In this document: in pieces, positions 28,266 through 36,622 of the stretch
Numbering within the stretch: the first letter of the stretch is position 1
Layout of the letters: the number at the start of each line of letters is the position of its first letter
NCBI GenBank assembly: GCA_900540845.1
Contig: UQHS01000001.1
Span: 51,508 to 115,507 of the forward strand
Source of the DNA: an uncultured Collinsella sp.
Lineage (GTDB): Bacteria; Actinomycetota; Coriobacteriia; Coriobacteriales; Coriobacteriaceae
Length of the DNA: 64,000 nt
Reading direction: 5' to 3'
Position numbers and translations under genes: made by a program
The notes under the pieces: generated by a model
What the model saw: only the letters and a program-made list of their open reading frames with translations
The model's database searches: none
What the model was told of the DNA's origin: nothing

Positions 28266-29198
28266 ATGGATTCAATCATCAAGCTCGTGCCCGATTTTAA
28301 GGGCAAGATCTGGGGTGGCCGCCGCATGGCCAGCGACTTTGGGTACGACATCCCAGACGGCCCCGTGGGCGAGTGCTGGGCCATTTCCGCGCATCCCAAC
28401 GGCGACGACGCCATCGCCACGGGCGAGTTCGCGGGCAAGACGCTCTCGTGGCTGTGGGCAAACCATCGCGAGCTGTTCGGCGGCTGCGAGGGCGATGTGT
28501 TCCCGCTGCTCGTCAAGATCATCGACGCGGCCGACGACCTGTCCATTCAGGTGCACCCTGACGACGCATATGCCGGTGAGCACGAGAACGGCAGCCTTGG
28601 CAAAAAGGAGTGCTGGTATGTGCTGTCCGCCGACGAGGGCGGCACCATCGTGGTCGGCCAGAACGCCGACTCGCGCGAGGAGTTTGCGCAGATGGTCGAG
28701 GAGGGTCGTTGGAGCGAGCTGCTCAACGTGATCCCCATCCACGCCGGCGACTTTTTCCAGATCGACCCCGGCTGCGTGCATGCCATCAAGGGCGGCACGG
28801 TGATTCTCGAGACGCAACAGTCCAGCGACGTGACCTACCGCGTGTACGACTACGATCGCCCGGGTGACGACGGCAAGCTGCGTCCGCTGCACCTCGAACA
28901 GTCGCTCGACGTCATCGATTACGCCATGAAGGCGCCTGAGTCCGGCAAGATCGCTGCCCCCGAGGTCGACGGCGTGACCGTGCTCGTTTCTAACGACTGC
29001 TACACGGTCGAGCGCCTGCGTGTGAACGGCGAGCTCGCGTTTGCGACGCCGTTCCCCTTCACCTGCGTGAGCGTTATCGAGGGCGAGGGCACCGTCAACG
29101 GCGAGCCGGTCGTCAAGGGCGGGCACCTGCTGGCGCTCTCCGTCTGCGATGAGTTGGTGCTCACGGGCGACATGACAGTCATCACCTCCCACCTGTAA
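28266..29198 (+). CDS. manA: mannose-6-phosphate isomerase, class I
   Basis: MDSIIKLVPDFKGKIWGGRRMASDFGY...ECWAISAHPNGD...HPDDAYA... is the cupin-type PMI signature; RBS AGGAGAGG 9 nt upstream. Confidence 0.8.
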   Translation: MDSIIKLVPDFKGKIWGGRRMASDFGYDIPDGPVGECWAISAHPNGDDAIATGEFAGKTLSWLWANHRELFGGCEGDVFPLLVKIIDAADDLSIQVHPDDAYAGEHENGSLGKKECWYVLSADEGGTIVVGQNADSREEFAQMVEEGRWSELLNVIPIHAGDFFQIDPGCVHAIKGGTVILETQQSSDVTYRVYDYDRPGDDGKLRPLHLEQSLDVIDYAMKAPESGKIAAPEVDGVTVLVSNDCYTVERLRVNGELAFATPFPFTCVSVIEGEGTVNGEPVVKGGHLLALSVCDELVLTGDMTVITSHL

Positions 29199-29254
29199 TG
29201 ACTAATTTGGGCCAGTCCCCAAATTAGTCATCGCGTGACTCGCGCTATACTCAG

Positions 29255-29435
29255 ATATGTACCAACGGGGAGCTGGCGGAGGCCGGCTGAGAGGAAGCCC
29301 GTGGGGTTGGCGCTGGATGCCTGCGGCTGCTGCCGCGCGGTTCATCTGGCATGCGCCCGGCACTGCGCCGCGGCGGCGTCCCGCACCGCTTCGACCCGCA
29401 ACCTGATCCGGGTAATGCCGGCGTAGGGATTGAGC
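29255..29435 (+). promoter_or_regulatory. TPP (thiamine pyrophosphate) riboswitch
   Basis: GGGGAGC...GGCTGAGAG...(about 100-nt variable P3 insert)...CTTCGACCCGCAACCTGATCCGGGTAATGCCGGCGTAGGGA matches the THI-box consensus (CUGAGA ... ACCUGAUCYGGNUAAUACCNGCGUAGGGA). Confidence 0.85.
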
Positions 29436-29461
29436 GCCATGCTCCGGGAGCATCTCAAGAG

Positions 29462-29494
29462 CGGGCCCCTACGAAAGAGAGGGGCCGTTTTTTG
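29462..29494 (+). terminator. riboswitch expression-platform terminator
   Basis: GGGCCCCT-ACGAAAGAG-AGGGGCC followed by GTTTTTTG. Confidence 0.75.
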
Positions 29495-29514
29495 TGGCCT
29501 CGGAAAGGAAGCTC

Positions 29515-29823
29515 ATGGAAGCAAGTGTCGCGATTCAGGTGTTGCCGCAGCGCGTAGGCGGCAACGACGAGGTGTGTCGCATCGTCGACGAGGCGATCGC
29601 CTACATCCAGACAAAGTTCCCCGATGCGTATGTGGGTCCCTTCGAGACTACCATCGAAGGTGAATATGACCTGTGCATGGAGGTTGTCGCGGGTGTGAAC
29701 CGCATTTGCGTCGAGGCTGGGGCGCCTGAGGTTGCCACCTACGTCAAGATCTTCTTCGCACCCGAGGAGGGCGTTCTCACCACGGAGCAGAAGATTTCCA
29801 AGTATCACGAGAACGATGCGTAG
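29515..29823 (+). CDS. MTH1187/YkoF-family thiamine-binding protein
   Basis: MEASVAIQVLPQRVGGNDEVCRIVDEAIAYIQ... matches DUF77/YkoF; the first gene after the TPP riboswitch. Confidence 0.75.
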   Translation: MEASVAIQVLPQRVGGNDEVCRIVDEAIAYIQTKFPDAYVGPFETTIEGEYDLCMEVVAGVNRICVEAGAPEVATYVKIFFAPEEGVLTTEQKISKYHENDA

Positions 29824-30850
29824 CGACCCGCGGTCAACGCACGACGAGATGGGCGTCAGTTTGGGTGCCAACCGAAAGTCCGCATCACCAGCGTCAAAAA
29901 ATGGGGAAAATGGCGAAGTTTGCGCCGCCCGTGATGCGGACTGCTTGTACTCGCCCGGACAGACGCATTCGTCTCGAACGCCACACTCGTCTCGACCGAC
30001 GTGCTCGCCACAGTTCGCCTCGCGCCCTGAGCGGCGCCCCGCGTTGCTTGTGAGGCTGGCGGCGCCCATCACGCTTATCGCACTGCTGGCGGTCTGGCAG
30101 CTTGTGTGCACGGCGGGGCTGATTCCGCCGTTCATGCTGCCGAGCCCCCTGCGCGTGGCCCAGGCCCTTGTGGGCGACTGGTCCCTGCTGGCGCAGCACG
30201 CTGCGACATCGCTTGTCGAGGCGGGGCTGGGCTTAGGGGCGGGCGTCGCCCTGGGTTTTGTGGCCGCGCTCGCGATGGATCGCTTTGAGCTGCTGTACCG
30301 CGCGTTCTATCCCATCGTGGTGCTCACCCAGACCATCCCAACGGTCGCCATCGCCCCGCTGTTGGTGCTGTGGTTTGGTTACGGGATGCTGCCCAAAGTC
30401 GTGCTCATCGTAGTGGCGACGTTCTTCCCCATCACGGTGGGGCTGCTGGAGGGTCTGCGTTCCGTCGACCCGGACGAGATCGATTTGATGCGTGCCATGG
30501 GCGCGACGCGCGTGCAGATTCTGCGGCACGTCAAGCTGCCCGCAGCGCTGCCGCAGTTCTTCAGCGGACTCAAAATCTCGGCTGCATACGCCATCGTCGG
30601 AGCGGTGATCGCCGAGTGGCTTGGCGGTTTTTCCGGCCTGGGCGTATACATGACGCGCGTGCGCAAGGCGTATTCGTTTGACAAGATGTTCGCGGTGATC
30701 TTCCTGATTTCCGGTTTGAGCCTCGTGCTCATGTGGGCGGTCGAGGCGTTGCGTCGCGCTCTCATGCCATGGGAGCGCCGCACCGACTCTCTCGGCTCTT
30801 CGGGTGCGCCAGGTGGCCACCGCGAGGACAGCCGCGTAAAGACTCATTGA
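29816..30850 (+). CDS. ABC transporter permease (NitT/TauT family; ThiX-like HMP/thiamine-precursor permease)
   Basis: TM core LLAVWQLVCTAGLIPPFMLPSPLRV...; EAA-like loop; the start is uncertain (low-complexity N-terminus), 29816 chosen as the first in-frame ATG overlapping the ykoF stop. Confidence 0.7.
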   Translation: MRSDPRSTHDEMGVSLGANRKSASPASKNGENGEVCAARDADCLYSPGQTHSSRTPHSSRPTCSPQFASRPERRPALLVRLAAPITLIALLAVWQLVCTAGLIPPFMLPSPLRVAQALVGDWSLLAQHAATSLVEAGLGLGAGVALGFVAALAMDRFELLYRAFYPIVVLTQTIPTVAIAPLLVLWFGYGMLPKVVLIVVATFFPITVGLLEGLRSVDPDEIDLMRAMGATRVQILRHVKLPAALPQFFSGLKISAAYAIVGAVIAEWLGGFSGLGVYMTRVRKAYSFDKMFAVIFLISGLSLVLMWAVEALRRALMPWERRTDSLGSSGAPGGHREDSRVKTH

Positions 30851-30866
30851 TAAAGGAGTAAACACC

Positions 30867-31955
30867 ATGCAGGTGAATTATGGAATGAACAACAAGAATG
30901 ACATGGACGGCTTGATGTCCCGGCACGCGTTGTCTCGTCGTGCGCTGCTGCGCGCGGGGGTTGCCGGCGCGGGCCTTGTGGGCGCTTCGGCGCTGTCGGG
31001 CTGCGGCGATGCGGCTCAAGGTGCAGGCTCTGGCTCGGCGACGGGCGACTCCGAGCTTCGCAAGGTGACCTTTGCCCTCGATTGGACTCCAAACACCAAC
31101 CACACGGGCGTGTATGTTGCCGCCGAGCGCGGATATTACAAGGAGGCGGGGCTTGAGGTCGAGATCGTTCAGGCGCCCGAGAACGGTGCGGACGCTCTTG
31201 TCGCGGCAGGCGACGCGGAGTTTGGCGTGAGCTTCCAAGACACGATGGCGGCGTATGTTTCCGGCCCCGACGCGCTTCCCGTGACCGCCGTTGCGGCCAT
31301 TATCCAGCACAACACGTCGGGTATCATCAGCATGAAGGACAAGGGCATCACCGGTCCCGCCGAGATGGCCGGGCACACGTATGCGACGTGGGAGCTGCCC
31401 ATCGAACAGGGGATGATCGAGCGCTGCGTCGAGGCGGACGGCGGCGACTTCAGCAAGGTCGAGATGGTTCCCTCCACGGTGACCGATGAGGTGACGGCGC
31501 TGTCCACCGATCAGGTCGATTCCATCTGGATTTACTGGGCCTGGGCGGGAGAAAAGTGCAAGCTCGCGGGGCTCGACACGAACTATTTCGCGTTTGCCGA
31601 CATCGATCAGGTTTTCGATTTCTACACGCCGGTCATCATCGCCAACAACGACGTCATCGCAAAGGACGAGCAGCTGGTCAAGGCGTTTATCGACGCGACG
31701 CGCCGCGGCTATGAGGACTGCATCGCCGATCCGCAGGGGGCGGCGGAGGTGCTGCTCAAGGCAGCCCCTGAGCTCGAGAAGGAGCTCGTCGTCGCGAGCC
31801 AGGCCTACCTCGCCGATCAGTACCAGGCGGAGGCCGAATCGTGGGGCGAGATCGACCAGGATCGTTGGGACGCGTTCTTCGAGTGGGTGAGCGACCAAGG
31901 CTTTGCGGATGCGATTGAGCCCGGCGCCGGCATGACCGACCGTTTCTGCGCATAG
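30867..31955 (+). CDS. ABC transporter substrate-binding lipoprotein, NMT1/THI5-like (ThiY-like HMP-binding)
   Basis: Tat/Sec-like signal with lipobox LSGCGD; KVTFALDWTPNTNHTGVYVAAERGYYKEAGLEVEI is typical of the NMT1/THI5 fold. Confidence 0.8.
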   Translation: MQVNYGMNNKNDMDGLMSRHALSRRALLRAGVAGAGLVGASALSGCGDAAQGAGSGSATGDSELRKVTFALDWTPNTNHTGVYVAAERGYYKEAGLEVEIVQAPENGADALVAAGDAEFGVSFQDTMAAYVSGPDALPVTAVAAIIQHNTSGIISMKDKGITGPAEMAGHTYATWELPIEQGMIERCVEADGGDFSKVEMVPSTVTDEVTALSTDQVDSIWIYWAWAGEKCKLAGLDTNYFAFADIDQVFDFYTPVIIANNDVIAKDEQLVKAFIDATRRGYEDCIADPQGAAEVLLKAAPELEKELVVASQAYLADQYQAEAESWGEIDQDRWDAFFEWVSDQGFADAIEPGAGMTDRFCA

Positions 31956-32063
31956 TTCTCACGAGTCCTCGGCTGGGCGGCGTTGCCGGGCGGCACCCGT
32001 CGCACGGCAACGCCCTGCCGAGGGTGAAATGAGCGCACTTAGCTCAAGGAGAAAGGCAAAAAG

Positions 32064-32891
32064 ATGGCTCGTCTTGAAATCAAGGACGTTTCGAAGGGCT
32101 TCCAAGGCACGAAAGTTCTGGCGAACGTCTCGCTCGAGGTTGAATCCGGGCGCATCGCCTGCCTGCTTGGCCCTTCGGGGTGTGGCAAGACCACGTTGTT
32201 CCACATCATCGCCGGGCTCATGACGCCCGATTCGGGGCGTGTGCTGCTCGATGGCGAGGAGATTACGGGCCGCCCGGGCCACCTCTCCTACATGCTCCAA
32301 AAGGACCTGCTCCTGCAACATAAACGCATTGTCGATAATGTCGCCCTGCCGCTGGTTGTGCGCGGCGTGTCGGCGAACGAGGCGCGAGCGCGCGCGTCCG
32401 AGCTGTTCGATGCATTTGGTCTTGAGGGCACCGAGCAGCGTTGGCCCAGTGAGCTTTCCGGCGGCATGCGCCAGCGAGCCGCCTTGCTGCGCAGTTACCT
32501 GTTCTCGTCGGAGTTCATGCTGCTCGACGAGCCGTTTTCGGCCCTGGATGCGTTTACCAAAGCCGATATGCACGCGTGGTTCCTCGACGTTGTGGATCGG
32601 CTGGGTACGACGGCTCTCGTTGTTACCCACGACATCGACGAGGCCGTTTCCCTGGCTGACATCGTGTATGTCATGCGCGGCAACCCCCAGCGTGGGGAAG
32701 TGACGCACATCGTGGGTGCCGAGCGCATCGATTGCGAGCGCTCACGCCGGGCCGACTTTGCGCTTACCGAGGCGTTTCTCGATCATAAGCGCCGCGTGCT
32801 GGACCTTCTGGGGCGCCAGGGTTCGTTGCAAGCGCCCAAGGAACAGGTCGGCACTCCATCCAGTGCGACTTCTGCGGGCCGCTGGGACTAG
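32064..32891 (+). CDS. ABC transporter ATP-binding protein (NitT/TauT family, ThiZ-like)
   Basis: Walker A GPSGCGKTT, signature LSGGMRQR, Walker B LLDEPFSALD. Confidence 0.85.
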   Translation: MARLEIKDVSKGFQGTKVLANVSLEVESGRIACLLGPSGCGKTTLFHIIAGLMTPDSGRVLLDGEEITGRPGHLSYMLQKDLLLQHKRIVDNVALPLVVRGVSANEARARASELFDAFGLEGTEQRWPSELSGGMRQRAALLRSYLFSSEFMLLDEPFSALDAFTKADMHAWFLDVVDRLGTTALVVTHDIDEAVSLADIVYVMRGNPQRGEVTHIVGAERIDCERSRRADFALTEAFLDHKRRVLDLLGRQGSLQAPKEQVGTPSSATSAGRWD

Positions 32892-33021
32892 TCGCAAGCG
32901 TCCCACCTTGCCCGGAAGCCGGCGGCTCATGAAAAAGTAATAAAAGGTAAACTTTCTGCTCCGAATGTGCTCGTGTTGTGATAGTTTACTTAGGCGAACA
33001 TTCCTTGGGAGGTGCCTAGCT

Positions 33022-33255
33022 ATGCAGAACTTGGGTCAGATGCTGCCGCTTTCGCTGGTTCGCGCCGGCGAGACGGTCACGGTGTGCCGCGTGCGCGGGG
33101 ACGAGAACACAAAGCGTCATCTGCAGGAAATCGGATTTGTCGATGGCGCCGAGGTACACGTGGTCTCCTCAACGGGGGCGAATATCATCGTGCTCGTCAA
33201 AGGCTCGCGCTTCGGCTTGGACGAGAAGATCGCCCGTCACATCATGGCGGCGTAG
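33022..33255 (+). CDS. feoA: FeoA-domain protein
   Basis: MQNLGQMLPLSLVRAGETVTVCRVRGDENTKRHLQEIGFVDGAEVHVV... SH3-like FeoA pattern. Confidence 0.8.
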   Translation: MQNLGQMLPLSLVRAGETVTVCRVRGDENTKRHLQEIGFVDGAEVHVVSSTGANIIVLVKGSRFGLDEKIARHIMAA

Positions 33256-33367
33256 GCGTAGCGAGTCGCGGCTAGCGGCGCGCCGGCTTGGACCTCGCGC
33301 GCGGCTGAGAAGGCCCCACGCGCAAACCTATCAGGGAAGACGCGCTTCGATTGAGGGAGGAGGAACT

Positions 33368-33589
33368 ATGAAATCGCTGGCAGATGTACAGGTGGGCGAC
33401 AGTGCCACCATCGTAAAGCTTCATGGAGAGGGTGCATTGCGCCGCCATCTTATGGACCTGGGGCTTATCAAGGGCGCGACGTTCAAGGTGGTCAAAGTGG
33501 CACCGCTCGGTGACCCGGTCGAGATCTCCGTACGTGGATATGAGCTGTCCATCCGCAAGGAGGAAGTGGCCATCGTCGAGGTCGCTTAG
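33368..33589 (+). CDS. feoA: FeoA-domain protein (second copy)
   Basis: MKSLADVQVGDSATIVKLHGEGALRRHLMDLGLIKGATFKVVKVAPLGDPVEI... Confidence 0.8.
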   Translation: MKSLADVQVGDSATIVKLHGEGALRRHLMDLGLIKGATFKVVKVAPLGDPVEISVRGYELSIRKEEVAIVEVA

Positions 33590-33743
33590 CCCCAGGCGGG
33601 CATCATTTTATCGGTAGAGTTAGCCTAACCTAACATATGGGCATACGCTGGGATCCTCGGGAAGACGGGGGCGGCTGCAGCGCGTGCGTCATGGCCGACT
33701 CAGCAACGAAAACGTTTCAAAGCCAAGAGAAAAGAAGGATCGC

Positions 33744-35996
33744 ATGGCGAATCCAACATTGCATATCGCGCTTGCCGGCAACCCAAACTGCGGCAAGACC
33801 ACGCTGTTCAACCTCATCACCGGAGCCAACGGCTATGTGGGCAATTGGCCGGGCGTGACGGTCGAGAAGAAGGAAGCGCCCCTGTCGCGCGACAAGAGCG
33901 TGCTCATCACCGACCTTCCGGGCATCTATTCGCTATCTCCGTATAGCCCCGAGGAGCGCGTGTCCCGCGATTACCTCATGGGCGGGGAGGCCGATGTCGT
34001 GATCCAGGTCATCGACGCGACTAGCCTGGAGCGCAATCTGTATCTTGCGCTTCAGGTCATCGAGACTGGGTTGCCCGTTGTGGTCGCGCTCAACATGGTG
34101 GACCTCGTGGAGAAAAGCGGAGATGCCATCGACACCGCAGCGCTCGAGAAGAGCCTGGGCTGCCCCGTGGTCATGATTTCGGCGCTCAAGAACAAGGGGG
34201 TCGACGAGCTCATCGCGCGGGCGAGGGAGGTCGCTTTGGCGCAGCGGGCCCTGGTCGCCAGGACGGCACCGCGCCTTAGATTCGACAGCGCGATCGAGGC
34301 CGTGCTCAGCGAGATCGAGGGGTGCCTGCCATCCAGCGTCGCCGCGAGCCGCCGTCGATATGTTGCGGTGAAGCTGTTCGAGCGCGACGAGGAGGCGGTG
34401 GGGGCCCTCAGGCTGTCCGCCGATGACGTCGCGCACGTCGAAGCGCTTATCTCCACGTGTGAGGGCGAGTGCGGCGATGACGCGGAATCCATTATCACTG
34501 GCGAGCGGTACGGGATCATCGCCCATATCGTGGACGACTGCCTGAAGAAGGCCCCGGCGCGCATGAGCACCTCCGAGAAGATCGACCGCATCGTGACCAA
34601 TCGCTGGCTGGGCCTACCGATGTTCGCCGCGGTCATGTTTGGTGTGTACTACCTCGCTATTTCGACTTTTGGCACCGCGATGACCGACTGGGTGAACGAC
34701 AACCTCTTTGGCGAGGGCTGGGAGCTCTTTGGCACCGCCATGCCGAGCGTTCCCGCGGTTGTGGAGGGCTGGCTGGTCGCGGCGGGCGCGAGCAATATGG
34801 TCATAAGCCTCGTGTGCGATGGCATCATCGCCGGTGTGGGTGCCGTTCTCGGGTTCATCCCGCAGATGTTCGTGCTGTTTGTCCTCCTGTCGTTTCTCGA
34901 GGATTGCGGCTACATGGCGCGCGTCGCGTTCGTGATGGACCGAGTGTTTCGCCGGTTTGGGCTCTCGGGTAAATCGTTCATTCCCATGCTCGTCTCTACG
35001 GGTTGCGGCGTGCCCGGCGTGCTGGCCACCAAGACCATTGAGAACGAAAAGGACCGCCGCATGACGGTCATGACCACCACGTTCATTCCCTGTGGCGCCA
35101 AGCTGCCCGTAATCGCCCTGGTTATGGGGGCTCTCATCGGAGACGCAGAGTCCACGTGGATCGCGCCGCTGTTTTATTTCCTCGGGGTGTTTGCGGTGAT
35201 CGTCTCGGGCATCATGCTCAAAAAGACGCGCCTGTTCGCCGGCCGCCCGACGCCGTTTGTCATGGAGCTGCCCGCCTACCATATGCCGAGCGTTCGCAGC
35301 TGGGCCCTGCATGTGTGGGAGCGCGTGAGCTCCTATATCAAGAAAGCCTTCACGATCATTTTCGCCTCGACTGTCGTGGTGTGGTTTCTCTCGAATTTCG
35401 GCATCTTCGACGGCGCCTTCGGCTACCTGCCCTCCATGGCGGGCGTGCCCGAGGAACACACCGACCACTCGCTGCTGGCGGTGATCGCGGGCGCGGTGAG
35501 CTGGATGTTCGCCCCTCTCGGGTTTGGCACCTGGCAGGCGACGGCCATGTCGGTGACCGGTCTGGTGGCCAAGGAGAACGTTATGGCCACGGCGGCGTCT
35601 TTGCTGCATCTGACCGATGCGACCGAGACCGATCCGAGCTTGTGGGCCGCGTTTGCGGCACTGTTCCCCAGCGCGGGAGCCGTCGCCGCATTTGGTGCGT
35701 TCAACCTGCTCTGCGCTCCGTGTTTTGCCGCTATGGGCACGATTCGCGCGCAGATGAACTCGGCCAAGTGGACGGCGATCGCATTGGGATATGAATGCGG
35801 CTTCGCGTGGGTGGTCGGCCTAATGATCAACCAGTTTTACCTGGCGGCTCACGGCGTCTTGAGCGTGTGGACTATCGTTGCGATCGTGTTCGCGGTGCTC
35901 ATCGCGATTCAACTGCTGCGGCCGATGCCCGACTATGCCTGGAAGGACCGCGAGGCGGAGCTGGGGCTTCGCAGCGCTCCTGCTGCCAGCTTGTAG
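33744..35996 (+). CDS. feoB: ferrous iron transporter FeoB
   Basis: G-domain IALAGNPNCGKTTLFN..., gate motifs and polytopic membrane domain; about 750 aa. Confidence 0.9.
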   Translation: MANPTLHIALAGNPNCGKTTLFNLITGANGYVGNWPGVTVEKKEAPLSRDKSVLITDLPGIYSLSPYSPEERVSRDYLMGGEADVVIQVIDATSLERNLYLALQVIETGLPVVVALNMVDLVEKSGDAIDTAALEKSLGCPVVMISALKNKGVDELIARAREVALAQRALVARTAPRLRFDSAIEAVLSEIEGCLPSSVAASRRRYVAVKLFERDEEAVGALRLSADDVAHVEALISTCEGECGDDAESIITGERYGIIAHIVDDCLKKAPARMSTSEKIDRIVTNRWLGLPMFAAVMFGVYYLAISTFGTAMTDWVNDNLFGEGWELFGTAMPSVPAVVEGWLVAAGASNMVISLVCDGIIAGVGAVLGFIPQMFVLFVLLSFLEDCGYMARVAFVMDRVFRRFGLSGKSFIPMLVSTGCGVPGVLATKTIENEKDRRMTVMTTTFIPCGAKLPVIALVMGALIGDAESTWIAPLFYFLGVFAVIVSGIMLKKTRLFAGRPTPFVMELPAYHMPSVRSWALHVWERVSSYIKKAFTIIFASTVVVWFLSNFGIFDGAFGYLPSMAGVPEEHTDHSLLAVIAGAVSWMFAPLGFGTWQATAMSVTGLVAKENVMATAASLLHLTDATETDPSLWAAFAALFPSAGAVAAFGAFNLLCAPCFAAMGTIRAQMNSAKWTAIALGYECGFAWVVGLMINQFYLAAHGVLSVWTIVAIVFAVLIAIQLLRPMPDYAWKDREAELGLRSAPAASL

Positions 35997-36206
35997 TCGC
36001 GGGAGCCTATCTGGAGATGTTGCGCTGGTCGAATAAGCCGGCTTCGCGTTGAGCGGCGGGGTCGGCCTGTCCGCAAGGGGGCGGGCGCGGGGCGTTTTGC
36101 CGTTCGGTCTGGACGTCTGCCCCTTTCGATGGACGCGAGTCACCCGCTCGCGCCGCAAATCGGGAGAAAAAATGACGAAAATCGAAACCCGGTGAGTAGA
36201 CGCGAG

Positions 36207-36294
36207 TTTTGCGGGCAAAACCCCAGGTAACGTGGATTAGAAGCAGCGCTCTACTAGGGGTGTTTCGTTATTCGTTACATTTTCGCCGAAAATG
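36207..36294 (+). promoter_or_regulatory. promoter-like conserved motif (second copy of the 17316-17373 element) plus 17-bp perfect palindrome CATTTTCGCCGAAAATG upstream of the Cys-rich gene
   Basis: TTTTGCGGGCAAAACCCCAGGTAACGTGGATTAGAAGCAGCGCTCTACTAGGGGTG aligns to 17316-17373 at about two-thirds identity over 56 nt, with conserved blocks AAAACC.CAGGTAAC.T and TCTACT.G.GGGTG; palindrome at 36278-36294. Confidence 0.45.
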
Positions 36295-36331
36295 CGTCAC
36301 GGCTGCCGGCCGTATTGAGAGGAAGGGCCAT

Positions 36332-36589
36332 ATGGCACCAGTAGATATCGTGATTCTGCTCCTTGTTGGCGTCGCGTTTGCCGCCGTCGTACTTCGCATG
36401 CGCAAAAAAGGCGTGTGCGGCAGCTGCGCGAATGCGGGCAGTTGCGCGCATGCGGGTTCCTGCGCCGGCGCGGGGATGCACACGGGCGCGTGCGCGGGAT
36501 GCGATTCGTCCAAGCGCATGAAGTGCCCCGCCTGTGAAGGAGTTGAGCGAACGGCGGAGAAGCTCAGCCGCAACATCGACAAATCGTGA
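36332..36589 (+). CDS. FeoB-associated Cys-rich membrane protein
   Basis: MAPVDIVILLLVGVAFAAVVLRMRKKGVCGSCANAGSCAHAGSCAGAGMHTGACAGCDSSKRMKCPAC...; RBS GAGAGGAAGGG. Confidence 0.7.
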   Translation: MAPVDIVILLLVGVAFAAVVLRMRKKGVCGSCANAGSCAHAGSCAGAGMHTGACAGCDSSKRMKCPACEGVERTAEKLSRNIDKS

Positions 36590-36622
36590 AGGCGCGCGGT
36601 GCCGTGCTAAGCTGGGAGACGT

